64,000 nucleotides of DNA. Origin: the human T2T-CHM13v2.0 reference genome, Homo sapiens. The stretch is from assembly GCF_009914755.1 (NCBI RefSeq), contig NC_060926.1. One strand, written 5' to 3'. Below the pieces are notes generated by a model that was given only the letters and a program-made list of their open reading frames with translations, had not been told where the DNA came from and ran no database searches. Numbering within the stretch: the stretch's first letter is position 1; the number at the start of each line of letters is the position of its first letter. The position numbers were made by a program, and so were the translations under genes. Of the stretch, positions 26,629 through 39,044 are shown in pieces.

Positions 26629-28432
26629 TAGAAAAAAAATCACAAAGTCCAAGCGTGTCATAGGTGTCTGTGTATGTCATACATAGTTTTTCTTCTTTCT
26701 CTGTGTCTATTTTTATACACATACAGAGAAAATAGGAAGTTTAAAAGTTTATGTAATAAAATATTCTTTAAAACCTAATAGAAAATTAGATAAATTTGAC
26801 CAGTTAACATTGCTCATAGTTAAAGCTGTTAGTTTTGATGATGTTAAAATAAAATATTATAAAGAAATATGTTGGAAGTTTGGAAATTTTTAAAATCTAT
26901 TAGGTTTAGCATGGAGCCAAATTTTCACATACATGCTTGCATTGATTCACACTAGATTTGCTATTCTGAATAGATAGTACTAGCACTAAAGAACTTATTG
27001 GTCACATACCTAAAGTGGAATTTTTTAATTGGGGTGACTGTATAGTGACATTGGTGGACTTGAAGACACTACATGGTGTTTCAGGAACAAAATATTCATT
27101 ATATGATTTTACTTTAGGCTCTGAGTAACACTGTAGCCTCCAAGGTAAAATGAGTAGGAGAAAAATTGGGGGCTGGTTTCCATTTGCTCTATTTATTTAA
27201 ATTTCCTAAGCTAACTTTATCAAGCTTCCAAAATTGATAGAGGACACTGGCTATTTAAAATTTGATTAGTTTTGCTTACCTCTGATGATCTGGAGAGCTA
27301 CGATAGCTTTAAGGTTCTTGGCAAAAATAAATTACTAAAAGGCTTATTTTTATAAGTTCTGAACAGAAACAGTACATTGTATATTAACACTTTGTTATTT
27401 GGGAAAGTAGATGACAGTAGAAATGTTTAAATGGTGTTTTATTTCCAAGGTGATTCAATTAAATCAATAATTTGAGTTAATTTCAGATCTTTTCCTTTAA
27501 TGAGGAAAAACTATGATATGGGTATAGAGTTTTAATGTTCAGGAAAGATTGGCCTCATCTTTAAGGGAATTATATTGATTATTGATTGGAATTTATCTCA
27601 AACTACTTTAGTTGTGTTTACTATTATTAACATTAACTGACATTCACTTGGAATAAGTAGGAAAAGTTATTTTTTAAAAAAATTATGTGAGACTTTCTAG
27701 TGATTTTTTATCCCAAGCCATTTATTACTGATTAGCCTTTATGTATGTACTTGAAAACAAAATATGTGCAAGTATTGCACTGGTTTGAAGATTTTATTAG
27801 TAAAAGTTATCTAATCAGCTAGCAGTACTGTATCTACAAACTAATCTTGGAAATGTGTAATGATGCTCTTTTAAGAAGCTGGAAGAAATTATTGTATACT
27901 CGTTCTTACTTTGCTTTTGTTTTGTTGCATAGTATTTAAGTTGTTCTCATACTGAATTTCTGAAACTGATATTGCATTTGCCCTTTTTTTTAATAATGGA
28001 GAGAAACATTAGTTTTTATTTTGATAAGTTGGGCATAGTATCTATCACATTTTTGATGCTTTTGGTCACAATTTTGTCCCTAGAATGGTAGTAATTAGAC
28101 ATTTGTAATGAGTCACCTTACTACTTTAATACAGTGGTTTGAAGTGATGGGGGAAGTAACTCCACTAAATCACAATGTTTTAATTTGTGACATGTTAGAG
28201 AGAATGATAGAACTTTCTGCAGTATAAGTATTTCATTAACTAATCTTTGCACTGTTAAGTTACAGTGCTTTGACTCCTGGGTCTGCAGAAGGCACCAACT
28301 CCTGCTAAATCTTGAGCATTAACACCAGTCAAAGCCTCATCTTCAGACTCTGGAGATGGTGATAATCAAAATGAAATGTTTTGTGAGACACAGGGCCAGA
28401 AATTAAAACTACAGAATCCCTCTAGGCCCAGG

Positions 28433-29663
28433 TGATAGTGGCAGGAGGTAGACAAATTCCTAGACAGATAGAGGCAGGTCCCCAGTGAAACCTGACCTTC
28501 AAACCAGGGACAGCCCGAAGTCTGAAAACCAAGCTGCCAGTTCCAGGTAGAATCCACGACCCAGAGTGCAAACCTCCTTGATGCCTTTCAGCCAATCAAA
28601 TGGTGCTTTTTCCAGGTCTGCCCATGGACCAATTAGCATGCACTTTCTCCATTTTGAGCCCATAAAAACCTTGGGCTCAGCCACATGTCAGGACTACCTG
28701 CCTGCAGGTAGGAGCTACCCACTTCAGGTCTCCTCTCCAATGAGAGCTGATTAAAACTCAATAAAACTTTCTCCGCCTTGCTCACCCTCCTGTTTTCCGT
28801 GTAACCTCATTCTTCCTGGAGACTGGATAAGAACTCAGGACCTGTCGAATGGCAGGCATAAAAAGTGCTATAACACATTCCTGGCCAGCTCTCTGAGCTA
28901 TGAGTGGGAGCAAAAGGAGCTGTAACACATTCCTGGCCAGCTCACCAAGCTGTGACATGCTCCCATTCACCAGACTGCGGGAGTGAAGAGCAGCAACCCT
29001 CTGGGAACCCAGACCTTGGGATTCCCCCAGCCAGAGCTGTGACATTATAGCTATCCCACCCTCTGCCAGCATTGGGCAGCATTGGGAATGTCAGCATTCC
29101 CATGTGATAGGAAGCAGCTGCAGTGCTAGCCCAGCCTGGGAGCCATGGGACAAAGGCAGGTGGCGGGACTAAAAGAGATTAAACACGCTCCTCCCTATTC
29201 ACTGAGCTGCAGGTGGTGGGAATGAGAGAGCCATAGCATGCCCCCTGCCTTGGGGCTCTGTGGTTGCTGGTGTCTCCAAATTTTCAGGCACCATCGTGTT
29301 CCCCTCATCCAGACACCAGCACCCTCAGTGGAAGCCGCTTGGGATACGCCTGGTCCAGCTGCAGCCTTGCATGGAGCCGGCGCCTGTACCAGCACCATGA
29401 GCTGCCTCCCCTGCCACAGCCAGTATGCCTGTCTGTGCATAGTGGCCGAACCTCACACTTGCTTACCTATACACCCCTCGCTGCTCTGCACCTGGCCTAC
29501 CCTTCATGGTTGTGGGACCCAGACCAGTAGCACGAGCCAAGCACAGACTGCCAGCCTGAGTGGGTGGAATGAGCACAGTGGGCATGAGCAAAACTCAAGC
29601 AGAGGTGCTGCTGGCCACAGAAGTTTCCAGCTGGTGAAGCAACAATTGAAGGATCTTGTCAAA
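28433..29663 (+). mobile_element. ERV1 solo LTR of the LTR1/LTR27/LTR28/MER52 group, within LOR1-int
   Basis: TGATAGTGGCAGGAGGTAGACAAATTCCTAG...GAGCCCATAAAAACC...GGAGCTACCCAC...CCACAGAAGTTTCCAGCTGG; TSD CAGG/TAGG; internal repeat TAACACATTCCTGGCCAGCTC x2. Confidence 0.75.
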
Positions 29664-30873
29664 TAGGGACTATTGCAGAAGAGGTGGGAGCATGAGATTG
29701 TAAGAACCAATTTTGAGGGATAAGATTAGTTCAGAGTTTTCTATAAATTAAACATTAATACCAAAAGCACACTAATGGAAGGCTCACATCTGGGCCCATG
29801 TGTCAGAATAACAGAGTTTTCTTGGAAAATTATCTGTTCTTTAATAGAAAATTATAAAGGTTATAAAATGTTTATGAAAATTTTATGATCAAATTGATTA
29901 CAACTAAATAAATTAGTTTATAAGGTTTTGTTAAAATTGTCTTTAACATTAATACTATACCATATAAAGGTAAGATGGTAAGATTTGCTTTACTGTTTTG
30001 AACAAATTTTTTAGGTAAGAGATAACAAGAGATTTCTGTTTAAAACTACAGAAGAAAAAAATGTCAGGCGTGAGAGAGACAGATTTCGTTGGCTTCATAT
30101 TATCTTTATTAGGACTTACTGTTTGAGAAACTGAGGGTCCTCACTATCAAAGGGTAAACATTTTTGTATATTTATTTTGGCTAAATGAATAACTATTTTA
30201 TAGTAACTCGTGGTGCTATTTTATGATATCAAGTGTCTTAAACCTTTGATATTTGACGGACTTTCCAAAAGCAAAATTCCAAGTTCTATATTCAGTCTTT
30301 TTGACCTCAAACTAACTTTTATGGATGTTAGTTTCCCTGAAGTCTGAGAAACATATTAGGCTTACTAGGCTTATTTGTTATGCAATAATTTTGCAGACAG
30401 TATTTTCAAATCTGAGGTGGTGTTTAAGTTCTGATATGGTTTGGCTCTGTCCCCATCCAAATCTCATCTAAATTATAAATTCCACATGTTGTCAGAGGAA
30501 ATTGGTGGGAGGTGATTGAATTATGGGGGTGTGTTTTTCCTGTGCTGTTCTCATGACAGCGAATGAGTCTCACGAGATCTGACGGTTTTAATAAGGGGAG
30601 TTTCCCTGTACAAACTCTCTTCTCTTATCTGCTGCCGTGTGAGACATGCCTTTCACCTTCCACCATGATTGTGAGGCCTTGCCAGCCACGGGAACCGTAA
30701 GTCCAATAATCTTTTTTTTTTTTTTTTTTTTTTTTTTTGTAAGTTGCCCAGTCTCAGGTGTGTCTTTATCAGCAGCATGAAAATGGACTAAAACACTAAA
30801 TTGGTACCAGTACAGTGAGGCATTCCTGAAAAGATATCTGAAAATATGGAAGCAACTTTGGAACTAGGTGACA

Positions 30874-32196
30874 GGCAGAGGTTGGAACAGTCTGGAGGGC
30901 TCACAGGAAGACAGGAAAATGTCAAAAAGTTTGGAACTCCCTAGAAACTTATTGAATGGCTTTGACAAAAATGCTGATACTGAAATGAGCAATAAGGTCC
31001 AGGCTGAGGATCTCCTCAGATAGAGATGAGGAACTTGTTGGGAGCTGGGGCAAAGATGATTTTCGTTATGTTTTAGTAAAGAGACTGGCAGCATTTTGCC
31101 CCTGCGCTAGAAATTTGTGGAATTTTGAACTTGAGAGAGATTATTTAGGGTATCTGGCAGAAGAAATTTCGAAGCAGCAAAGCATTCAAGAGGTGATTTG
31201 GGTGCTGCTGAAGGCATTCAGTTTTAAAAGGGAAACAGAGCATAAAAGTTTGGAAAATTTGCAGCCTGATGATGTAGTGGAAAAGAAAATCCCATTTTCT
31301 GAGGTGAAATTCAAGCCAGCTGCAGAAAATAGCATTATTAATGAGGAGCCAAATGTTAATCCCCAAGACAATGGGAAAAATATCTACAAGGCATGTCAGA
31401 GGTCTTCATCACAGCCCCTCCCATCACAGGCCTGGAGATCTAGGAAGAAAAAGTGGTTTTGTGGGCCAGGCCCAGGGTCCCCGTGCTGTGTGCAGCCTAG
31501 GGACCTGGTACCCTGTGTCTCAGCCACTTCAGTCATGGCTGAAAAAGGCCAACATAGAGCTCAGGCCATGGCTTCAGAGGGTGCAAACCCCAAACCTTGG
31601 CAGCTTCCACATAGTATTGAGCCTGCAAGTGCACAGAAGTCAAGAATTGAGGTTTGGGAACCTCGTCCTAGATTTCACAGAATGTATGGAAATGCCTGGA
31701 TGTCCAGGATTGAGTTTGCTGCAGGGGTGGGGCTCTCATGGAGAACCTCTGCTAGGGCAGTAAAGAAGGGAAATGTAGGGTCAGAGCCCCAGCACAGAGT
31801 CCCTACTGGGAAATGCCTAGTGGAGCTGTGGGAAGAAGTTTACCATCCTCCAGACCTCAGAATTGTAGATCCACTGACAACTTGCACTTTGTGCCTGGAA
31901 AAGCTGCAGACCCTCAACAAAAGCCCAAGAAAGCAGCTTGGTGGGAGGCTGTACCCCGCAGAGCCACAGGAGTGGAGCTGCCCAAGACCACGGGAACCCA
32001 CCTCTTGCATCAGCACGACCTGGATGCAAGACATGGAGTCAAAGGAGATCATTTTTGAGCTTTAAGATTTGACTGCCTTGCTGGATTTTGGACTTGCATG
32101 GGGCCTATAGCCCCCTGGTTTTGGCCAATTTCTCCCATTTGGAATGGCTGTATTTACCCAATGCCTGTATCCCCATTGTATCTAGGAAGTAACTAA
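30874..32196 (+). pseudogene. THE1 internal ORF (MaLR Gag-derived), disrupted
   Basis: GRGWNSLEGSQEDRKM...LWNFELERDYLGYLAEEISKQQSIQEV...PQHRVPTG / PSGAV...KGDHF*ALRFDC...PLYLGSN*; lesions: +1 near 31015, -1 near 31811, TGA at 32056. Includes the listed ORFs 31115-32065 and 31813-32058. Confidence 0.85.
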
Positions 32197-32230
32197 CTTG
32201 CTTTGGATTTTACAGGCTCAAAGGTGGAAG

Positions 32231-32889
32231 TGTGTCCAGAGTTGGTTCCTGCCAGTGGGTTGGTTCGTGGTCTCGCTGACTTCAAGAATGACGCCGCTGA
32301 CCTTTGCGGTGAGTATTACAGCTCTTAAAGGTGGCATGGACTCAAAAGAATGAGCAGCATCAAGATATATTGTGAAGAGAGAAAGAACAAAGCTTCCACA
32401 GGGTGAAAGGGGACCCCAGTGGGTTGATGCTTCTGGCTGGGGTGACCAGCTTTTATTCCCTTATTGGCCCCTCCCATTTTCCATTTCTGTCCTATCAGAG
32501 TGCCCTTTTTCCAATCCTCCCTGCGATTGGCTACCTTTAGGATCCTGCTGATTGGTGTGTTTTACAGAGTACTGATTGGTACATTTCAGAGCGCTGATTG
32601 GTGAGTTTTACAGAGTGCTGATCAGCGCATTTTACAGTCCTCTTGCTAGCTACAGAGTGCCGATTGGTGCATTTTTGCAGAGTGCTGATTGGTGCATTTT
32701 ACAATCCCCCTGCTAGCTACAGAGCACTGATTGATGCATTTTACAATCCTAGCTACAGAGTGTTGATTGGTGCGTTTTACAATCCTAGCTACAGAGTGCT
32801 GATTGGTGCGTTTTACAATCCTCTTGTAAGACAGAAAAGTTCTCCAAGTCCCCACTCGACCCAGAAAGTCCAGCTAGCTTCACTTCTCA
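32231..32889 (-). mobile_element. LTR12 (HERV9) solo LTR inside THE1-int
   Basis: TGTGTCCAGAGTTGGTTCC...TCGCTGACTTCAAGAATGA...tandem GCTGATTGGTGCATTTTACAATC repeats...TTCACTTCTCA; perfect TSD GAAG. Confidence 0.93.
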
Positions 32890-34980
32890 GAAGGGACTTG
32901 CCTTGTATCAGATAAGATGTTGGACTGTGGACTTTTGAGTTAATGCTGAAATGAGTTAAGACTTTGGGGGACTGTTGGGAAGGCAGGATTGATTTAGAAA
33001 TGTGAGGACATGAGATTTGGGAGAGGCTAGGGGCAGAATGATATGGTTTGGCTGTGTCCCCACGCATATATCATCTTGAATTGTAGCTCCCACAATTCCC
33101 ACATGTTGTGGGAGGAACCTGGTGTAAGGCGATTGAATTATGGGGATGGGTCTTTCCTGTGATGTTCTCATGGTAGTGAATGAGTCTCACAAGATCTGAT
33201 GGTTTTAAAAATGGGAGTTTCCCTGCACAAGCTCTCTTCTTTTCTCTGCCTCCATGTAAGACATGCCTTTCACCTTGCACCATGATTGTGAGGCCTCCCT
33301 AGCCATGTGAAACTGTAATCCCAATAAACTTCTTCTTTTGTAAATTGTCCAGTGTGGGGTATGTCTTTATCATCAGCATGAAAATACACTAATACAGCTT
33401 CTTTTCAGTTATATTTATATTTATATAGTTGTGTTGTTAACAAGTGTTCCAGGATTGTATGAGATTCCTAAAATTCTGATATGTCTTAATATATGTTATC
33501 AGTAACAATTATGATTATTATGGTAGCTTGTTGTATGCCACAGAAATAACCAAATTTCCTTGTCAACTATGTCGTTAGCTATGGCTGTGTTAAGAATTTT
33601 GTCATCCACAATTGTTTTGCTTTCATCTCAAAAAGTGACTTATAGTCAGTTACAATCCAGGACTTGTTTCTTTGAGGGACTTCATGAAAAAGACTCTTGA
33701 ATGCAGGTTTCTGATAATTTTGGAGATTGTGCTATTGGATTAGAAAGAAAGCTTGCAGGTCACTAATTGAAAGGCTGATATTTTCATAAAGATTGCTAAC
33801 CTCATATGAAGCAGAACAGTAGTTGATTGCATAGACTGACTAACCAAGGACTGAAATAATTTTTATGGCTTATTTTGTTGGTTTGAAATATTGATGATTC
33901 TTTTTGTTTTATAGTCTGGAGTTTTTTTTTCTTTTGAGCTATTTATAGCTTTTAAGTATGCTTTAAGTATAACGAATAGAATATACTTTCGTTAACAGAA
34001 TTTGAGGCATATTTCTTTCTCTCTGCCTAATTTCTCAAGACTTTGTAAACTATTTATGAATGTTGTTAATTCACGGCAATGTGTTTGTTTGCATAAGTTC
34101 AATAAGAATTTGTTTTCGTTTATAATGGGACACAGTTGGAGGAACTGATAATTGTCCCAGGGCTTTGATTGAAACGGCCTTGGGACAGGTTCCAGTAAGG
34201 GCAGTTTAAGAGAGCCTATGTGGACAATGATTCTTGCTGCACTTTGTGTGGGTTATTAGGTGAAGTGTGTGGGACTGAAGCTTATTTTGCTGGTAGATTG
34301 TTCCTGCTGTGATTTGTCTTTGGTGGAAGTGAGAGACTGGAGGGAAAATGATTGTGTTTCAGAAGAAAACTATGGTGTTAGATTAACTTTTGATTCCTGA
34401 ATGGCCACAGAGTCACCCATGGTATAGAGCTGCCCACTATGTCCCTCCTCAGCTTGAAGCAGCCAGAAAGATTGACAACTACATTCCCCATGATTGAGGC
34501 ATTGATATATAGAAAAGGGGGGACTGAAACTGACTCAATAGTCCATAGACAGCTTTTTGGGGGGATAAACATAGAAATTTACCCTTCTGGTCTTAAAGTT
34601 TGAAACTTATATTTGTTTTATCTGAGTTTCTTCCTAAGAAAAGAGCCCCCAGCCCTCTCAAAAAGTATCAAGGAACTGAAACACACCAGATCACAACATC
34701 CAGACAATGAGACATCAGGTCCCTTATTCATCATCATTGCCTTCTTACCCCTCCTGAGTTCCTGTTTTCCTAAATATGGTTACATTTCTTCCCTGCTATA
34801 TAAACCCCTAATTTTAGTCAGCCGGGGAGATGGATTTGAGACTGAATTTTTTGTTTCTTTGGCTGCAGCCCTTGATTAAAGACTTCTTCCCTGGCAATCT
34901 TTGCCTCAGTGACTGGCTTTCCCTGTGGTGAGCAGCAAGACCTAGACCGAACCCTTTCTGTTTCAGTAACAAAAAGACAT

Positions 34981-35165
34981 ACATGGAGAGACCTTCTCTG
35001 TACAAAAAAATTAGCTAGCTGTAGTGGCACACACCTGTAGTCCCAGCTACTCAGGAGGCTGAGGTAGGAGGATTGCTTAAGCCTGGGAGGTGGAGGTTAT
35101 AGTGAGCCATGATCACCCCACTGCACTCCAGCCTGGGTGACAGCAAAACCCTGTCTCAAAGAAAA
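34981..35165 (+). mobile_element. 5'-truncated AluJ (mainly right arm)
   Basis: CTGTACAAAAAAATTAGC...GGAGGATTGCTTAAGCCTGGGAGG...ACCCTGTCTC; TSD AAAAGACAT/AAAAGATAT. Confidence 0.85.
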
Positions 35166-36234
35166 AGATATAATGAGAAAACATACATCAAATGAAAGTT
35201 GGAATGGTTAAATTAATAAATATCAAAAGACTTAAACATTTTTAGAAATAAAGAGGGTTATTACGTAATAAAGAAAGGGTAAATTCAGCAAGGGGAGTTG
35301 ACAATACTAAAGGTGTATGTACCTACTGCGAGAGCCTCAAAATATATGAAGCAAAAACAGAGAATTTACAGGAGAAATAGATAGATTCATGATTATAATT
35401 AGAGATTTCAAGACTCTGATTTCAGCAATGGATAGGCATAAAATTAGCAAGGATATAGCAGAAGTTAGCTAGAACATTAACAAACTTGGTCTAATTGGCG
35501 TTTATAGCACCATTCAACAACAGCAGAATGCATATTCATTACAAGTGTACATGGAAAAGACACCAAGACAGACCATATTCTGGGTCATAATACAGACTCA
35601 TTTAAAGATTTGAATTCATGCATGATCCTAAAGGAATTAAAGTAGAAATCAATAAGAGAAAGATAAAAGGAAAATCTGCAAACACTTGGAATTCAAGTAA
35701 CACACTTCTACAAAATACTAGGATTAAGGAGATAGTCTCAAGGGAAATTGGAAAATATTTTGAACTGAGTGAAAATACAACAGTCATTTGTGGAAAGCAG
35801 CTGAAACAGTGCTAGAGGAAGCTTTATATCATTAAATGCTAATATTAAAAAAGAATTAAGGTATCAAACCAATAACTTAAAGTTCCAACTTAAGAAACTA
35901 TAAAAAAAAGAAAAACCAAATGCAAGCAGAAGGGAAGAAATAATAAACACAGAGCTCAAGAAAATTAAAATAGGAAAACCATAGAGAAAATTAATGAAAC
36001 TAAAAGCTTATTTTTTTAGGTGATGAATAAAACTAGAGAAGATACAAATTATCAGTATTAGGATTGAAATAGGAGATAATGCTATGGACCCAAAAGATAA
36101 GAGAATACTATAAAATCTCTTCACATATAAATTTGAAAATTTATTCAAAATGGATCAATTTCTCAAAACTCTCAAGCAAAACTCACACGAGATGAAATAG
36201 ATATTCTCAAGAGTGCTAAAACTAGTGAAAATAT

Positions 36235-36689
36235 TGACAAAGACTCTCTCCTTTCACCAGAACTTTAGTAAGCCTCCTCTGAGTCCTCTGTTTAACTTTG
36301 TGTGAACTTGGACTTCCATCTCTGTGTAGAATACAGTTTGAGTTAGAATTCTGTTAAATCAGCTTAGAGTGGATATCCCAGGCTTGACATTTGACCACCC
36401 TTATCTTATCACCTGGCCTGCCTTCAGCAATAATCCTATTAAGTTCTAGCCAGGAAGCTCTGATGCTTGATGTTTTCTCTTAGTAATTTTCTTTCTACTG
36501 CCCCCCTCTCTAGTCCTTGGTTATAAATCCCCACTTGTCTTTCTTGGAGTCAAAGTGGGTTCCAATGTCTCTCACCCACAGTGAGACTGCATTGCAGTGG
36601 CCCCTATATCTTTCATCATGGCCCCCCTTAATAAAGTCTGACTTGCCATATTAAACAAGTGTTTGGATAATTATTTTTCTTTAATAACA
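36235..36689 (+). mobile_element. MER31-like ERV1 solo LTR
   Basis: TGACAAAGACTCTCTCCTT...ACTTTAGTAAGCCTCCTCTGAG...TTATAAATCCCCAC...AATAAAGTC...TTTAATAACA. Confidence 0.75.
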
Positions 36690-36827
36690 TTCAATCATTG
36701 TTAAAAACTTTTCCAGAAACAATATCTCCAGGCCCAGATATTTTCACTCAGAAATCCAACCAAATATTTCAAGAATAAGACCAATTTTTCACAATCTCTT
36801 TTGGTAAATGGAGAAGGATCGAATAGT

Positions 36828-37138
<311 letters not shown>

Positions 37139-37770
37139 TAGCATCGAATAGTCCTAAAAACATTTCACAAGGCTAGTATTACCTTTATATAAAAACCAGA
37201 TGAAAATTTGTAAAACTTGTGGACTGTAGAGAATTTTTTTTTTTTTTTTTTTTTTTTTTTTGGTGTGTTTCTACAGAGTTAGGGCCTAATGAACAAATTT
37301 TTCTGTAAATTGGGATCCTGGGCTAAAAGCAACCCTTAGGTAGTTAATTTACACCTGGATATATATAGTGAGACAATTGTATAGATAGATTAACTTAACT
37401 CTGGGGATGTGTGATTACATTTTAAGAAAAAAATGAAGCTTAGGACCTTGAAACACCTTCTAGGTCATAAAAACCAATAACACAGCAAGTTGGGGATGAG
37501 GTGGGGCTTATTATGGCCCCTGGAAAGACGTATTTACATTTCAAAAGGTTAGAGTGAGAACCTAGGATCTATTGCATCTTCAGGAAGCAAAAGTTCTTTT
37601 TTTTTTGTAAGGGAAAGAGAGGCAGCTGTCCCCTTCTCCAGAATATATATGTATGTATTAAAAAAAAAAAAAGAAAATCAATTTTCTTCTGTTTTTCATT
37701 TAATATACAGACTTGGTATGCATAGGAGATGTGACCTGGATTTCAACCAGCTGGTCCTGAGATAAGAATT

Positions 37771-38543
37771 TGTTGCTGGTAGTTAGACAGGCATGAGGGG
37801 GGCCTGAGAGGGCTCTCCCCCACCCACTAGGAATGTTGGCTGATGGTTGGTCAATTATCACATTGACTCTCTAAAAGTGATAAATTGGTAGCCGGCACCA
37901 GGTAGAGGCCATTTCCTGATGGTCCACACCTGTTGCATTGAAGTTTTAATTGAATGCAGGTGCCAGGGAGAAGCAAAAATGGGCTTCCAATCTCAAGTAT
38001 TGGGCGGGTGAGCCCGGGCATGTGCATTAAAAGGCAAAATGGTGGCGTATGCTCTTTTGGGGGCACTCCACGGGAAAAGGGAAGAAAGCCTCCGATGAGT
38101 ATGCCTACGACTTCCTAAAATTACTGCCGTGCTCACTTCCTAAGGGTAAGGAGGGCACGGCGCATTGCACCCGAGAGGCGGAGGTTGCAGTGAGCCGAGA
38201 ACGCGCACTCCAGCCTGGCGACAGAGCAAGACTCCTTCTCAAAAAGAAAGTAAGTCCACACTATGGCAGCCCACACTAAGGGAAGAATCGTGGGAAAGAG
38301 GCAAGCCTATAAAGTCCTAGGATAAAGGTTAAACATCGCACTTGTTCTATAAGTTTCCTGCTTGGGTCTCTTCCAAGCATACTTTATTTTCTTTCCTGTT
38401 CTAAAGGCTTTTAAAATAAACTTCCACTCCTTCTGTGAAACTTGCCTCTCTTTTTCTGCCTTATGCCCCTCAGTTGAATTCTTTCTTCTGAGGAGGCAAG
38501 AATTGAGGTTGCTGCAGACCCACAGAAATTCACTGCCAGTACC
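37771..38543 (+). mobile_element. LTR9-family ERV1 solo LTR
   Basis: TGTTGCTGGTAGTTAGACAGGCATGAG...AAGGGTAAGGAGGGCAC...CCTATAAAGTCC...AATAAACTTCCACTCC...GAGGAGGCAAGAATTGAGGTTGCTGCAGACCC. Confidence 0.75.
38169..38250 (+). mobile_element. Alu 3' fragment (AluSc-like) inside LTR9
   Basis: ACCCGAGAGGCGGAGGTTGCAGTGAGCCGAG...CCAGCCTGGCGACAGAGC...TCAAAAAGAAAG. Confidence 0.85.
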
Positions 38544-38699
38544 TTGGGCATCTTCTACCAGCCATGTAGTTATTACTTTTTTTTTTTTTTTGGCGGGGGA
38601 GGGGCGGGCGCGGAGAACCCCATCCTGCTTATACAGCCATTATAATTTAGATGTGGTTTTGTCCCCCCCGCCCAGCAGTCTAGAGGGCTTTTCTTAACA

Positions 38700-39044
38700 A
38701 ATTACGGGTAAAACATGCACAGTTTAACTTCAGTTATATAACCATAAACTGCCAGTCAAATGACATCATTCTGTCACTCAAACAGCCCAAGCCTCAACTC
38801 CTCCCACAAACCCCATAAAAACACCCTGAGCTCTAAAGCAGAAGTGACATGAAGTGAAATCAGCCCACTCTCTTTCTGAGAGTCTATTACTGTGCTTCAG
38901 TAAAATTGGCTTTAAGCTTGCATGTGGGTGTTAGTTTGCAATTCTTCGCTCACTATTACAAAAACCAAGATTGCTGGTACAGAGCTCGAGCTCTGTTATC
39001 TCCTCGATTAAAGGATCCATCCCAATGCAGAATCCCTGGTAACA
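38700..39044 (+). mobile_element. ERV solo LTR, family unassigned
   Basis: TATA-like CCCCATAAAAAC, polyA-like AGTAAA, ends CCCTGGTAACA; the L1 resumes immediately after. Confidence 0.5.

Larger units (their letters stand above)
30432..33396 (+). mobile_element. THE1B MaLR provirus (5' LTR 30432-30795, internal region, 3' LTR 33039-33396)
   Basis: Two LTRs TGATATGGTTTGGCT...CTAA(A/T)ACA; THE1-int AAATTGGTACCAG...GATTTGGGAGAGGCTAGGGGCAGAA. Confidence 0.92.
25409..34971 (+). mobile_element. LOR1 (MER4-group ERV1) two-LTR provirus with non-coding internal region
   Basis: Direct-repeat LTRs 25409-25882 and 34525-34971 (TGAAA..GACCCAATAGTCC...GATAAACATAGAAATT...GTAACA); PBS after the 5' LTR; polypurine tract AGAAAAGGGGGGAC before the 3' LTR; the L1 resumes on both sides. 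Confidence 0.85.
37218..38698 (+). mobile_element. Unassigned old LTR-like element split by LTR9 (pieces 37218-37770 and 38544-38698)
   Basis: Starts TGTGGAC exactly where the L1 breaks and ends TTCTTAACA; family not recognised. Confidence 0.4.

Noticed and set aside
28566-29710. Cluster of overlapping 60-140-aa ORFs
   Set aside because: They lie inside a GC-richer LTR1/MER52-group LTR where stop codons are sparse.
31115-32065. 316-aa ORF as a novel protein-coding gene
   Set aside because: It is the THE1 internal ORF with a TTG start, and it runs out of frame after ~31811.
32540-32825. Repeat array resembling CRISPR
   Set aside because: These are the standard tandem CCAAT-containing U3 repeats of LTR12; there are no unique spacers or cas genes and the context is eukaryotic.
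25409-34971. ~450-bp direct repeats 9 kb apart as a segmental duplication
   Set aside because: They are the paired LTRs of a LOR1 provirus, with PBS and polypurine tract present.
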